Shown one piece after another: positions 35,813 through 46,353 of a DNA stretch of 64,000 bases. Under the pieces are notes generated by a model that had not been told where the DNA came from, did not search any database, and worked only from the letters and a program-made list of their open reading frames with translations. This stretch comes from Patescibacteria group bacterium (GTDB lineage Bacteria > Patescibacteriota > Minisyncoccia > Phycocordibacterales > JACOZG01), in the NCBI GenBank assembly GCA_038064435.1, contig JBBTTC010000001.1, forward strand, positions 3,170-67,169, in the 5' to 3' direction. The stretch's first letter is position 1. Every line of letters begins with the position of its first letter. A program made the translations under genes and the position numbers.

Positions 35813-37054
35813 ATGCGCCAATCAGAGCTGTTTGCTCGCACTCGCCGTGAAGCTCCCAAGGATGAAGCCTCGCGTAACGCTGAACTTCTAATTCAAGCCG
35901 GTTTTGTTAATAAGGAATCTTCTGGGGTTTATTCATATTTACCTCTGGGTCTGCTAGTTTTGCGACGAATTGAGGCCGTCGTTCGCCAGGAACTTACTAG
36001 TTTGGGAGCGATTGAGATGTTGATGCCGGCCCTGCAGACTAAGGACAACTGGCAAGCTACTGGTCGATGGGACACCTTCACTGATGTTTACAAATTGAAA
36101 GATAGTTCGGGGAAGGATTTTATCCTCGGGCCAACACATGAAGAGGTTATTACTCCATTGTTAAAAAATTTTTTGTCGTCGTATCACGATTTGCCGATTA
36201 GCGTTTACCAATTTCAAACCAAATTTCGTGACGAAAAACGTGCCAAGTCAGGTCTGTTGCGTGGTCGTGAGTTCGTGATGAAAGACTTATATTCTTTCCA
36301 CCGTACGCCGGCCGATTTGGATCAATTTTATGCTCGCGTAGCGAATTCTTATCGGAACGTATTTGAGCAACTTGGTTTGGGTCGATATACATATTTGACT
36401 CTGGCCAGTGGTGGCGCTTTCGCGCCACACTCCGAAGAATTTCAAGTGATTACGCCGGCGGGTGAAGATACGATCCATGTTTGTGATAATTGCCGTCTGG
36501 CGATAAATAGCGAGATTGTTAATGAAGTTAGCGAGTGTTCTGGCTGCCATACGCCGGTAGCCAAACTTCGTGTTGAGCGGGCGATCGAAGTGGGAAATAT
36601 TTTTAAGCTTAAAACTCGTTTTACCGAGGCCTTTGATTTGTGTTACAAGAGTGAGTCTGGCCAGTTGGAGCGGCCGGTAATGGGTTGCTATGGTCTGGGG
36701 ATTACTCGGACGCTTGGGGTTTTGGCCGAAGTGCTCTCTGATGATGGTGGTTTGGTTTGGCCCGAAGCGGTAACCCCCTTTGATCTCCATCTGTTAATTT
36801 TAGGTCCGGAAAATGCCGACGTGCGTGCCGCTGGCGACAAGTTGTATTCTGACCTCGGGGCTGCTGGTTGGCGGGTGCTTTATGATGATCGAGCGGTTAG
36901 TGCTGGTGAAAAGTTTGCTGATGCCGATCTCATTGGTTTACCGCGCCGATTGGTGATGAGTGCCAAAACTTTGACTACTGGTCAGGTGGAAGTTAAACAG
37001 CGATCTAGTCGAGAGGTGCAGCTGATGTTCCCGAGTGAACTGTTGGGGCGCTAA
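35813..37054 (+). CDS. proS: Prolyl-tRNA synthetase (short, no insertion/editing domain)
   Basis: Class II motifs FRDEKRAKSGLLRGREFVMKDLYSF, anticodon-binding and zinc-binding C-terminus (CDNCRLA...CSGCH). 413 aa. Confidence 0.9.
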   Translation: MRQSELFARTRREAPKDEASRNAELLIQAGFVNKESSGVYSYLPLGLLVLRRIEAVVRQELTSLGAIEMLMPALQTKDNWQATGRWDTFTDVYKLKDSSGKDFILGPTHEEVITPLLKNFLSSYHDLPISVYQFQTKFRDEKRAKSGLLRGREFVMKDLYSFHRTPADLDQFYARVANSYRNVFEQLGLGRYTYLTLASGGAFAPHSEEFQVITPAGEDTIHVCDNCRLAINSEIVNEVSECSGCHTPVAKLRVERAIEVGNIFKLKTRFTEAFDLCYKSESGQLERPVMGCYGLGITRTLGVLAEVLSDDGGLVWPEAVTPFDLHLLILGPENADVRAAGDKLYSDLGAAGWRVLYDDRAVSAGEKFADADLIGLPRRLVMSAKTLTTGQVEVKQRSSREVQLMFPSELLGR

Positions 37055-37056
37055 AC

Positions 37057-38109
37057 ATGTTTCAGCGTTGGTATCAAAGCTTAGCTCACGACATTGGTAT
37101 CGACCTCGGTACCGCTAACACTCTGGTTTATGTCAAAGGTCAGGGGGTGGTGATAAATGAGCCGTCGATTGTGGCGCTTAATCAAAAAACTGGTCAGGTG
37201 GTGGCCATCGGCAATGACGCCAAACAGATGGTTGGTCGCACGCCGGCGCACATTGTTGTTACTCATCCGATTATCGACGGTGTGATTTCCAATTTTGAGG
37301 TGACGGAGGAAATGCTGGCTTATTTTTTGCGTCGGGTTATGCGTCAACCGCCGCGCAAATTGTTGCGTCCGAGGGTGATCGTTGGTGTTCCTTCCGGTCT
37401 AACTAATGTGGAAATAAGGGCTGTGCGTGACGCGGCCATTGGTGCCGGCGCGCGCGAGGTGCACATTATTGAAGGGCCAATGGCGGCAGCGATTGGTATT
37501 CGTTTGCCGATCCAACAACCGGCCGGCAATATGATCGTGGATCTGGGCGGTGGTACGGCTGACATCGCGGTGATCTCGCTGAGTGGAATTGTTCGGTCCA
37601 AAAATTTGCGTGTGGCTGGTGACCGACTAAATCAAGATATTATCACCTACATTCGTGACGAGTTTAAAATTTTATTAGGCGAAAAAACAGCCGAGGAAGT
37701 AAAAATGGCCATTGGGTCGGTTTTTAAACCGCCAGAATCTTTGGAATCAGCCGTGCGTGGTCGTGATTTGGTAACCGGTTTGCCTAAAGAAGTGGTGGTG
37801 ACTGATTCTGATATTCGCGAAGCGATCATTGTTTCGGTTAGTCGCTTGGTTGATGCGATCAAGGAAGTTATGGAATCTACACCACCGGAGGTGTTGGCCG
37901 ATATTATGCACAAGGGAATCATCATGGTTGGTGGTGGCTCGCTTTTGAGTGGAGTGAAAGAACTATTGGAGCAAGAGCTCAAAATTCCAGTGCAGTTGGC
38001 CGATGATCCGCTGACGGCCGTGGTGCGAGGCATGGGGTTGATTCTAGAGGATCTTGATGCTTATCGAGAATTATTGCTTGACGATGAAGAAATTCTCCCA
38101 CCTCAATAG
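37057..38109 (+). CDS. mreB: Rod shape-determining protein MreB
   Basis: IGIDLGTANTLVYVKGQGVVINEPSIVA, DLGGGTADIAVISL. Confidence 0.9.
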   Translation: MFQRWYQSLAHDIGIDLGTANTLVYVKGQGVVINEPSIVALNQKTGQVVAIGNDAKQMVGRTPAHIVVTHPIIDGVISNFEVTEEMLAYFLRRVMRQPPRKLLRPRVIVGVPSGLTNVEIRAVRDAAIGAGAREVHIIEGPMAAAIGIRLPIQQPAGNMIVDLGGGTADIAVISLSGIVRSKNLRVAGDRLNQDIITYIRDEFKILLGEKTAEEVKMAIGSVFKPPESLESAVRGRDLVTGLPKEVVVTDSDIREAIIVSVSRLVDAIKEVMESTPPEVLADIMHKGIIMVGGGSLLSGVKELLEQELKIPVQLADDPLTAVVRGMGLILEDLDAYRELLLDDEEILPPQ

Positions 38110-38926
38110 GCGTTCTCCAGCTTGGTTAACCGCTTGGCATCGCTGGGGAGGCTTAGCGTTGCTCATTGTTACCATTCTTTTTTTGGCCAGCGCCGGGTCA
38201 TGGTTGAGCGGCTTGTTATCTGGCCCGATGATCAACACCCTAGACGTTGGTTGGCGAACAGGCGGTTGGTTGGAGCGTCAATTAACAGGTTGGCGAGTGC
38301 TGTTTGTGACTAAATCCAATTTGCAGGTCGAAAACCGGCAGTTACGGTCGGAGATTGAGCGGCGCAATGTAATTTTAGCTAGTTACCGTTTGTTGGTTGA
38401 AGAAAATCACCGATTGGCGGCTTTGCTCGGTCGTCAACCGGCTGAAGGTAAGCCAGTGGCCATGGCTCGGGTGTTAAGCCGAGCCAGTCAATCACCTTAC
38501 GATGCGCTGCTTATTGATTTGGGGCATGATAATTCTAGCGTTCCTTTAACGGTGGGAGATTGGGTGGTGGTTGATGGTCAAATTGCTTTAGGGCAAATAG
38601 CGGCCGTGGCAAGTCGTACCGCCAAGGTTAAACTTTTCTCCCTTCCCGGAGTGGAAACGCCAGTGCGGGTGGGGGATGACGAGGTGGTCAGTTTGGCTCG
38701 AGGTCAGGGTGGTGGGAATTTTTCGATTCGTCTACCTCGTAGTTTGGAAGTTAGTTCTGGCGCTCCCGTACGCGTCGTCGCTCCTGATCGGATGCTTACT
38801 CTCGGCGTGGTGGCCGAGACGATAAAGACCCCGGCCGATTCTTTTCAGGAAATTATTTTCAAGACCCCAGTCAATATTTACGAACTTAATTATGTGGAGA
38901 TTTACCCCGCCGCGTTGGCTTTATGA
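38084..38926 (+). CDS. mreC: Rod shape-determining protein MreC
   Basis: N-terminal TM, coiled coil RQLRSEIERRNVILASYRLLVEEN, beta-rich C-terminus. The ATG at 38084 overlaps the mreB 3' end; an alternative ATG at 38054 is in frame. Confidence 0.8.
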   Translation: MKKFSHLNRRSPAWLTAWHRWGGLALLIVTILFLASAGSWLSGLLSGPMINTLDVGWRTGGWLERQLTGWRVLFVTKSNLQVENRQLRSEIERRNVILASYRLLVEENHRLAALLGRQPAEGKPVAMARVLSRASQSPYDALLIDLGHDNSSVPLTVGDWVVVDGQIALGQIAAVASRTAKVKLFSLPGVETPVRVGDDEVVSLARGQGGGNFSIRLPRSLEVSSGAPVRVVAPDRMLTLGVVAETIKTPADSFQEIIFKTPVNIYELNYVEIYPAALAL

Positions 38927-39164
38927 TCTAATTTTAGTTCTGGCTCTGCTTTTGGGCCCCTGGTGGTTTTTTACTTTATTGATAGCTATTGGTGTGCCAT
39001 TATATCAACGTTTTTTTGAGGCGCCTCTTGGTATGCTGATTTTTGATTTGTCGTACGGTTGGCCCGGGGTGGGATGGGCAGGTTGGCAATTTTGGCCCAC
39101 AGTCGTTGTGGCTTTTTGGTTTTGGCTTTGGCCACACTGGCGCCGGCGTATTTATGTGGTTTAA
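38892..39164 (+). CDS. Small polytopic membrane protein in the mreD position (MreD-like)
   Basis: 90 aa, three hydrophobic segments, Trp-rich, located between mreC and mrdA. Confidence 0.45.
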   Translation: MWRFTPPRWLYDLILVLALLLGPWWFFTLLIAIGVPLYQRFFEAPLGMLIFDLSYGWPGVGWAGWQFWPTVVVAFWFWLWPHWRRRIYVV

Positions 39165-39204
39165 ATCGAAAAATCGTCGGCTTCTTGAACCAGACGAGGT
39201 CTTT

Positions 39205-40827
39205 ATGGACTCGACCAATCTGCCTGATTTCGATACTCAGCAGTTTGAGGGGCAGTTGGAACGACCAATTACCAAAACGATGTTTTATCTCGTCGGCGTG
39301 TTAACGGTCTTGGCTAGTTTGGCTATGGCTGGCCGGGCGGTTGATTTGCAAATTACTCGCGGCGCTGAATTTAATCAACTTAGTATTGATAACACTTTGC
39401 GTCAGATTGTAATTTTCCCCGAGCGCGGCGTGATTTACGATCGAATTGGTATTGAGCTAGCTTGGAACGATGGTGCCGGGCGTGCTTACGTTCCGGGCGG
39501 TGGCTTTGGTCACCTGCTTGGCTATGTTAGTTACCCGCGCGAAGAAGAAATTGCCACGAGTGGCTATCACCCCAAAAGTTATATTGGTCGTGCCGGCGCT
39601 GAACGGGCTTTTAATAGATTGTTGGGTGGTAGGAGTGGACTCAAGGTGGAGGAAGTCAACGTGCAGGGACAGATTTCTTCGGACTACCTTTATCAAGCAC
39701 CAGAAGATGGTCAGGGTTTAAAATTGAGTATTGACTCACGAATACAGACTAAACTTTTTGAGACGATAAAAAACTTGTCGTTGGAAAAAGGTTTTACTGG
39801 CGGCGCCGGATTAATCATGGATGTGCGTACCGGGCAACTCTTAGCCGCCACCAGTTACCCGGAGTACGATTCCAATGTTTTGTCTCGCGGTCAAGATCGG
39901 GCGGCCATTAGCGGTTATCTTAATGACGCTTCTAAACCCTTTCTTAATCGTATTGTTGATGGCTTATACACGCCCGGATCGACGGTTAAACCAATTATGG
40001 CTTTGGGTGCCTTAGCGGAAAAAGTTATCAGTCCGGATAAAGAAATTTTAAGTACCGGCGCACTCACGGTGCCCAATCCCTATTTTCCTGATCAGCCATC
40101 AGTGTTTAAGGATTGGAAAGCGCATGGTTTGGTTAACATGGAACGAGCCTTGGCCATGTCATCAAATGTTTATTTTTATGAAATCGGTGGTGGTTATGAA
40201 GACCAGCGAGGTATAGGCATCAGTGGCATCGAAAAATACGCTCGACTTTTTGGCTTAGGCCAGCCCATTGAGTTTGAATTAGGCTCTAGTGCGTCTGGTG
40301 TGATCCCTACACCGGCCTGGAAGGCCAAGCAGTTTGCTGGCGAACCGTGGCGTCTGGGCGACACTTACCACACGGTTATTGGCCAGTATGGCTTTCAGGT
40401 CACGCCTCTACATATGGTGAGAATGATGGCCGCCATTGCCAATGGTGGAAAATTACTGATGCCGAGTGTGCAATATGACCTGCGGCCCGAGGAAATTAAA
40501 TTTACCAATTTACCATTTTTGGCCGATGATTTTGAGATCGTGCGCCGCGGCTTGCGTCGCGGTGTTGAGGAGGGCACAGGCATGGGCTTGAGTGTGCCCT
40601 ATGTCCAAGTGGCGGCCAAAACTGGCACGGCCGAACTAGGGGTGGAAAAAACCGAAACCAGTTCTTGGGCGCTCGGCTTTTTCCCTTACGAGGCACCGCG
40701 TTACGCCTTCGCCGTGGTGATGGAACGGGGACCGAAGGAAAACCTCGTTGGTGGTGTTTATGTGATGCGCCAAATGCTCGATTGGCTCCATGCTGAGGCC
40801 TCGGATTATTTACAGCCATCTTTTTGA
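39205..40827 (+). CDS. mrdA: Penicillin-binding protein 2 (class B transpeptidase, elongasome)
   Basis: N-terminal TM MFYLVGVLTVLASLAMAG, PBP dimerisation domain, transpeptidase motifs including STVKP and KTGTA. Start at ATG 39205; an alternative ATG at 39154 overlaps mreD. Confidence 0.8.
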   Translation: MDSTNLPDFDTQQFEGQLERPITKTMFYLVGVLTVLASLAMAGRAVDLQITRGAEFNQLSIDNTLRQIVIFPERGVIYDRIGIELAWNDGAGRAYVPGGGFGHLLGYVSYPREEEIATSGYHPKSYIGRAGAERAFNRLLGGRSGLKVEEVNVQGQISSDYLYQAPEDGQGLKLSIDSRIQTKLFETIKNLSLEKGFTGGAGLIMDVRTGQLLAATSYPEYDSNVLSRGQDRAAISGYLNDASKPFLNRIVDGLYTPGSTVKPIMALGALAEKVISPDKEILSTGALTVPNPYFPDQPSVFKDWKAHGLVNMERALAMSSNVYFYEIGGGYEDQRGIGISGIEKYARLFGLGQPIEFELGSSASGVIPTPAWKAKQFAGEPWRLGDTYHTVIGQYGFQVTPLHMVRMMAAIANGGKLLMPSVQYDLRPEEIKFTNLPFLADDFEIVRRGLRRGVEEGTGMGLSVPYVQVAAKTGTAELGVEKTETSSWALGFFPYEAPRYAFAVVMERGPKENLVGGVYVMRQMLDWLHAEASDYLQPSF

Positions 40828-40858
40828 CCCCGCGGGATATTTAAGCTAGAATGGCGAC

Positions 40859-41323
40859 ATGCGGCAAGATAAGGAATATATCAGTCAGGAGAAACGCAAG
40901 GAGCTAGAAGCCGAATTGGTTGAACTAAAAACTAATAAGCGTCGGGCCGTGGCTGACCGTCTCGAGTTTGCCAAATCTATGGGTGACTTGGCCGAGAATG
41001 CGGAGTACCATGCCGCGCGCGATGAACAAGCCGACACCGAAAACCGTATCATCCAAATCGAAAATATTTTAAAAAACTCGGTTATCGTTTCCAGTCATCA
41101 CAGTTCAAAGGTGGAAGTTGGGTCTGGGCTGTTGGTTAAAAAGCCCGATGGCAGTGAGTGGCGGGTGATGATCGTTGGTTCGGAGGAAGCCGATATTAAA
41201 AAAGGCAAAATCTCTTACCTCTCGCCGTTGGGTGAAGGTTTGTTGGGCCGTCAGCCAGGCGATTTGGTAGAAATAATTACCCCGCGCGGTCCGGTTAAGT
41301 ACCAGATTATTTCCATTGACTAA
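40859..41323 (+). CDS. greA: Transcription elongation factor GreA
   Basis: YISQEKRKELEAELVELKTNKRRAVADRLEFAKSMGDLAENAEYHAARDEQ. Confidence 0.9.
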   Translation: MRQDKEYISQEKRKELEAELVELKTNKRRAVADRLEFAKSMGDLAENAEYHAARDEQADTENRIIQIENILKNSVIVSSHHSSKVEVGSGLLVKKPDGSEWRVMIVGSEEADIKKGKISYLSPLGEGLLGRQPGDLVEIITPRGPVKYQIISID

Positions 41324-41330
41324 ATACTAA

Positions 41331-42803
41331 ATGGCATCGCTGGACACTATTCGGCAGGAGCGGATCAAAAAACTGGAGCGCTGGCACGAAAAAGGTTTAA
41401 TTCCATACCCCATTCGGGCCACACATGATCGTGACTTAGGTGAAGTGATAGCGGATTTTGCTGATTTGACGACTGCTGGTAAATCTCTGGTTTTATCAGG
41501 TCGGATTATGGCGTTGCGGGCGCAAGGCGCGATGATTTTTTTTGATCTCGATGACGGCACTGGCCGTTTACAAATTTTACTTCGTCGCGATGAGCTTGGT
41601 GAAGAGGAAACCGATTTTTTTGCCGATACGGTTGATGTGGGAGATATAGTGGAAGTGAGTGGAGAATTGTTTTTAACTAAGCGCCGAGAAGAAAAAACTC
41701 TATTAGTAAAAAAGTGGCGACCGCTGGCTAAAAGTTTGCGCCCCTTGCCTGACAAATGGCATGGTTTGCAGGATGTCGAGGAGCGTTTTCGTCGTCGTTA
41801 TCTCGACAGTTTGATGGAGCCGGTGGTTAAAGAGCGTTTTGTTCGCCGCGCCAAAATGATTTCCGCGACCCGGGCTTTTTTGGACAAGGCGGGGTTTGTG
41901 GAAGTGGAAACGCCGATGTTGCAGACACTGGCGGGCGGAGCTTCGGCCGAACCTTTTGTCACTCATCATCAAGCACTCGACGTTGACCTTTTTTTGCGCA
42001 TCTCGCCCGAACTTTATCTTAAGCGTATGGTGGTGGGCGGGTTGCCGCGTGTGTATGAGTTGTCGCGAAATTTTCGGAATGAAGGTATTGATCTCACGCA
42101 CAATCCCGAATTTACCATGTTGGAATTTTACGAAGCTTGGTCTGATGCCGCGGCCCAACGAGAACAGGTGGAAAAATTGTTGCGTTTCGTAATTAAAAAA
42201 ACAGCCGGAGAATTGGAGGTAAAATATCAAGGTGAGGTGATAAATTTTGCCGAAAAATTTAAGTCAGTAACGTATTATGATTTACTTAAGCGTTACGCTT
42301 TGATTACTGATCCGGTGACCGTGCGCGACGAGGAATTGGTGGTCAAGGCGCATCAACTTGGCCTAGTGTTTGAGTCAGGATCTAGCCGGGAAAAGATTTT
42401 TGATTTAATTTATAAAAAGGTTTGTCGGCCAAAATTAATCCAGCCGACTTTTGTCGTTGATTATCCGCGAGACTACTTGCCACTGGCTAAGGCGCGCGAA
42501 GATGACCCAACCTTAGTTGACGCCTTTCAGCTGGTGGCTGGTGGACTGGAATTGGTTAAGGCCTTTTCAGAACTCAATGATCCGCTGGAGCAACGCGCGC
42601 GCTTCGCACGTCAAGAGGAAATGCGTCGCGCCGGGGATAATGATGGGCAAAAACTGGACGAGGATTTTATTGAGGCGTTGGAATATGGTTTGCCGCCGTC
42701 TGGCGGTGTGGGTATCGGCATTGATCGTTTAGCTATGTTGCTTGGTGATGTGGCCAACATCCGCGAAGTCATTTATTTTCCCACTCTACGGCCCAAAAAC
42801 TAA
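41331..42803 (+). CDS. lysS: Lysyl-tRNA synthetase (class II)
   Basis: OB-fold N-domain, then class II motifs FRNEGIDLTHNPEFTMLEFY and GGLELVKAFSELNDP...GLPPSGGVGIGIDRL. Confidence 0.9.
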   Translation: MASLDTIRQERIKKLERWHEKGLIPYPIRATHDRDLGEVIADFADLTTAGKSLVLSGRIMALRAQGAMIFFDLDDGTGRLQILLRRDELGEEETDFFADTVDVGDIVEVSGELFLTKRREEKTLLVKKWRPLAKSLRPLPDKWHGLQDVEERFRRRYLDSLMEPVVKERFVRRAKMISATRAFLDKAGFVEVETPMLQTLAGGASAEPFVTHHQALDVDLFLRISPELYLKRMVVGGLPRVYELSRNFRNEGIDLTHNPEFTMLEFYEAWSDAAAQREQVEKLLRFVIKKTAGELEVKYQGEVINFAEKFKSVTYYDLLKRYALITDPVTVRDEELVVKAHQLGLVFESGSSREKIFDLIYKKVCRPKLIQPTFVVDYPRDYLPLAKAREDDPTLVDAFQLVAGGLELVKAFSELNDPLEQRARFARQEEMRRAGDNDGQKLDEDFIEALEYGLPPSGGVGIGIDRLAMLLGDVANIREVIYFPTLRPKN

Positions 42804-42824
42804 ATAATTATCCGTGTGCTTAAA

Positions 42825-42852
42825 AAGCCGCCGTGACACTTCACGGCGGCTT
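42825..42852 (+). terminator. Hairpin after lysS (weak T-tract)
   Basis: aagccgccgtga cact tcacggcggctt is a perfect 12-bp stem, but only TT follows it. Confidence 0.4.
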
Positions 42853-42938
42853 AATGCTTGTGGATAACTATGGTTGGTGAGTGGGTCAAAGTGGTTTATA
42901 CTTCCTCTCAAGTGGGATAAAGTGGGATGTGATGTTTT

Positions 42939-43373
42939 ATGTTAATTGGTGAATATCGTCATACTCTCGATCCCAAGAAGAGGCTAGCCGTTCCGGTTAA
43001 GTTTCGAAAAGAACTGGGGCGGCGCGTAGTGATTACCAATGGTCTCGACAATTGCTTGTTCATTTACACAATGAGTCAATGGCAAAAAGTGGCCGAACGT
43101 TTAGGCAATCTGTCACTCGGCGCGGCCGACACTCGCGGCTTCAACCGTTTTATGTTGGCGGGAGCGGTGGAGAGTGATGTGGACGGTTTGGGGCGCGTGC
43201 TAATTCCCGATTTTCTTAAAGAGTTTGCTGGCCTCAAGAATAAAGTGGTCATTGCTGGTTTGCACGACCGGGTAGAGATTTGGGATGAAAAGCGTTGGTT
43301 GGAATATAAGTCGCGTTTGGGTCGTCAGGCCGATGTATTGGCAGAAAAACTCGGCGAGATCGGTGCAATTTAA
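42939..43373 (+). CDS. mraZ: Transcriptional regulator MraZ
   Basis: MLIGEYRHTLDPKKRLAVPVKFR and a second SpoVT/AbrB-like repeat. First gene of the dcw cluster. Confidence 0.9.
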   Translation: MLIGEYRHTLDPKKRLAVPVKFRKELGRRVVITNGLDNCLFIYTMSQWQKVAERLGNLSLGAADTRGFNRFMLAGAVESDVDGLGRVLIPDFLKEFAGLKNKVVIAGLHDRVEIWDEKRWLEYKSRLGRQADVLAEKLGEIGAI

Positions 43374-43377
43374 TCAT

Positions 43378-44280
43378 ATGACGGTAACTGTGCATCAACC
43401 AGTTATGAAAGACGAGGTTATCGCGGCCATCCGGCCCAAAGTCGGGGACGTGATTGTGGATGCCACGGTAAATGCCGCCGGCCATGGCGAGGCTTTGTGT
43501 GGCGCTTTGGGTCACACCGGTTGGTTTATAGGCATTGATGCTGACGCGCGAGCTATTAATCTGGCGCGGCCGGTGTTGGCGGGCGCGGCTTGCCGCTTTG
43601 ATTTGGTGGTCGAGAATTTTCGCCACTTGGATCATGTTCTTGATCGCCTAAAAGCTCAACCCCGCGTCATTTTTTTTGATTTGGGTTTGAGCTCAGATCA
43701 ATTGGAAGTTTCTGGGCGAGGTTTTTCTTTTCAGCGCAATGAACCACTACTGATGACCTTTCATGACCATGTTACCGAAGCAGATCTGACGGCAGCCGAC
43801 GTAGTTAACACTTGGCGTGAAGCAACTCTAGCTGACGTTATTTACGCTTACGGAGAAGAAAAATTTGCACGTCGTATTGCCGCCGCCATTGTCGCGGCCC
43901 GGCGCGGCAAATTATTTCAGACCACTTTTGATCTCGTGACGGTGATCAAGGAAGCGGTGCCAGACTGGTACACAAGGCGACGATTACATTTTGCCACTAA
44001 GACTTTTCAGGCTCTACGTATTGCTGTCAATGACGAACTTGGTTCTTTGCGTTTGGCACTCAATCAGGCGTGGCGCCGTTTACAAGTCCCAGGCCTGATC
44101 GCCCTCCTTACCTTTCATGGTCTTGAGGCGCGAGTCGTTAAAAATTTCGTTAGCGAGCATCGTCACATCAATCGTCAGACTATTCGGTTAGATAAGCCGA
44201 TCGTTCCCAGTCGGGCCGAAATTTTGCTTAATCCTCGCTCACGCAGCGCCGTATTAAGACTCATTCACAAATTACAATGA
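43378..44280 (+). CDS. rsmH: 16S rRNA (cytosine1402-N4)-methyltransferase RsmH (MraW)
   Basis: HQPVMKDEVIAAIRP..GDVIVDATVNAAGHGEAL, FFDLGLSSDQLE. Confidence 0.9.
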   Translation: MTVTVHQPVMKDEVIAAIRPKVGDVIVDATVNAAGHGEALCGALGHTGWFIGIDADARAINLARPVLAGAACRFDLVVENFRHLDHVLDRLKAQPRVIFFDLGLSSDQLEVSGRGFSFQRNEPLLMTFHDHVTEADLTAADVVNTWREATLADVIYAYGEEKFARRIAAAIVAARRGKLFQTTFDLVTVIKEAVPDWYTRRRLHFATKTFQALRIAVNDELGSLRLALNQAWRRLQVPGLIALLTFHGLEARVVKNFVSEHRHINRQTIRLDKPIVPSRAEILLNPRSRSAVLRLIHKLQ

Positions 44281-44630
44281 AAACATCTTCTATAAATTTT
44301 AAATTTCGCCGGCGCATGCTTTTTAGCTTTTTGGCGGTGAATTTGCTGTTGGCCGCTGGTTACCTATATTTAGTCAATAATTTAGTTTTAACGGCTGCCG
44401 CTTACGAACATCACCAAAATGAAAGCGAGCGATTGTCGGCCGAATTAGCATTGTTGGAGTCACAGTTTACGAAAAAAGCGGCCACCATTACCATGGATTA
44501 TGCCTATAGCCTAGGCTTCGAAGATGCTACCAGTCGCTCATTGTTTGCTTATCGCACGCCGGCTAGTTCCCCTTTTATTAGCGCCACAGCGCTTAGTTTG
44601 GCTCAGAGCGGACTCGTTTATCGTCCCTAA
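44277..44630 (+). CDS. FtsL-like small bitopic membrane protein (dcw cluster position)
   Basis: Short cytoplasmic N-terminus, TM LFSFLAVNLLLAAGYLYLV, then a coiled-coil-like segment. Located between rsmH and ftsI. Confidence 0.5.
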   Translation: MKTSSINFKFRRRMLFSFLAVNLLLAAGYLYLVNNLVLTAAAYEHHQNESERLSAELALLESQFTKKAATITMDYAYSLGFEDATSRSLFAYRTPASSPFISATALSLAQSGLVYRP

Positions 44631-44632
44631 TC

Positions 44633-46348
44633 ATGGTCGTGGATTTTCGGTGGCGGATCAGGCTCCTCGCGCTGATGGTGATTTTGTTCGCGGGAATTAT
44701 CGGCGCGAAGCTTTTTTTTATACAGGTAGTGCGGGGCGATTATTATCGTGCTCGCGCAGTTGATCAGTCGCAAACAGCTAGCACGTTGTTTGATCGGGGG
44801 ACGATATTTTTTTCTTCGCGTGACGGTCAACTAACTCGAGCGGCGGCCACTCAGACTGGTTATACTTTGGCCATCAATCCCAGTCGGCTTACTGATTCGA
44901 TGGGCACTTTTAATATTTTGCGGCAAATTATTCCAAGTCTTGATCAAGACGATTTTACGACTCGGGCAAGTAAGGTCCGGGATCCATATGAAGAAATTGC
45001 CACGCGACTGCCAACAGATCTGGGGCAAAAGATAAAGTCTTTAAAATTGGCGGGCGTGCAAATCGTGCCGGATCGCTGGCGTTCCTACCCAGCTGGGCGT
45101 ATGGCTAGTCACACCATTGGTTTTATGGGTTATGAAGATGATTTGTTTGCCGGGCGGTATGGTTTGGAGCGGCGCTACGATTCTTATCTAGTCCGTCAGA
45201 ATAATTTGTCGTTCACTAGTTTTTTTACCGAAATTTTTAGCGGTTTGGGCGATACGCTTATCGGTCGACACAGTCGCGAAGAAGCTGATTTAGTTACAAC
45301 TATTGAGCCGGTGGTGCAATCATTTGTGGAAGAGCAATTAACTGCCATCACGGAGCGATGGCATAGTCGATCCAGTGGTATTGTGGTGCTCGAGCCGGCC
45401 ACCGGACAGATTTTGGCTATGGGGGCTCGACCCGACTTTGATCCTGGAAAAAAGCAGGAATCAATAGAGCCGCTAAAGAATCCGCTAGTTGAAGACGTGT
45501 GGGAAATGGGCTCAATCTTAAAACCCCTGACTCTGGCCGCCGCGATTGATACTGGTGTTGTGACGCCAAGTTCAACTTATATTGATACTGGTTCGGTGAC
45601 TCTAAATGGTTTAACCATCACGAACCATGATGGTCGCGCCCACGGCCAAGTAACTATGCAGGAAGTGTTGAGTCAATCGCTTAATACTGGCGCAGTCTAT
45701 GCGGCCACAAAATTGGGGCACGATAAATTTCGTCGCTATTTTCTGGACTTTGGGTTGGGCGAGATAACGAATATTGATTTGCCTAACGAGAGTTTTGGTT
45801 TAGTGAGCAATCTTGACAGTCAGCAGGAGGTTGATTACGTTACTGCCTCTTTTGGTCAGGGGATAGCTGTTACACCAATTAATATTGTCCGGGCACTTGG
45901 GGTTTTAGCCAACGGCGGGCGTCTCATGCGTCCATATGTGGTGAAGCGCCTCGATTATTTATTTCGCCCAGCCGAAGACCTCGAGCCATTAATGCAGAGA
46001 CAAGTTATTAAGCCAGAAACCGCGGCAACGATTACCACCATGTTGGTTAAGATTGTGGATGAGACATTGGCCGGTGGTCGAGCCAAGTTACCAAATCACA
46101 GTATCGCCGCGAAAACCGGTACTGCTCAGATTGCCGATCCTACCACTGGCGGCTATCACACCGACCGCTTCCTCCATTCTTTCTTTGGATATTTTCCTGC
46201 CAAAGCCCCGCGTTTTCTAGTTTTTATTTATCAAGTGGAACCGGTGGGGGCTAATTATGCTTCTGAAACGTTAACAGATCCGTTTATGAATCTAGCCAAA
46301 TTTTTGTTAAACTACTATAAAGTATCACCCGATCGAGTCGCTCAGTAA
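44633..46348 (+). CDS. ftsI: Penicillin-binding protein 3 / FtsI-type class B transpeptidase
   Basis: N-terminal TM, PBP dimer domain, transpeptidase motifs SILKPL and KTGTAQ. Confidence 0.85.
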   Translation: MVVDFRWRIRLLALMVILFAGIIGAKLFFIQVVRGDYYRARAVDQSQTASTLFDRGTIFFSSRDGQLTRAAATQTGYTLAINPSRLTDSMGTFNILRQIIPSLDQDDFTTRASKVRDPYEEIATRLPTDLGQKIKSLKLAGVQIVPDRWRSYPAGRMASHTIGFMGYEDDLFAGRYGLERRYDSYLVRQNNLSFTSFFTEIFSGLGDTLIGRHSREEADLVTTIEPVVQSFVEEQLTAITERWHSRSSGIVVLEPATGQILAMGARPDFDPGKKQESIEPLKNPLVEDVWEMGSILKPLTLAAAIDTGVVTPSSTYIDTGSVTLNGLTITNHDGRAHGQVTMQEVLSQSLNTGAVYAATKLGHDKFRRYFLDFGLGEITNIDLPNESFGLVSNLDSQQEVDYVTASFGQGIAVTPINIVRALGVLANGGRLMRPYVVKRLDYLFRPAEDLEPLMQRQVIKPETAATITTMLVKIVDETLAGGRAKLPNHSIAAKTGTAQIADPTTGGYHTDRFLHSFFGYFPAKAPRFLVFIYQVEPVGANYASETLTDPFMNLAKFLLNYYKVSPDRVAQ

Positions 46349-46353
46349 TTATT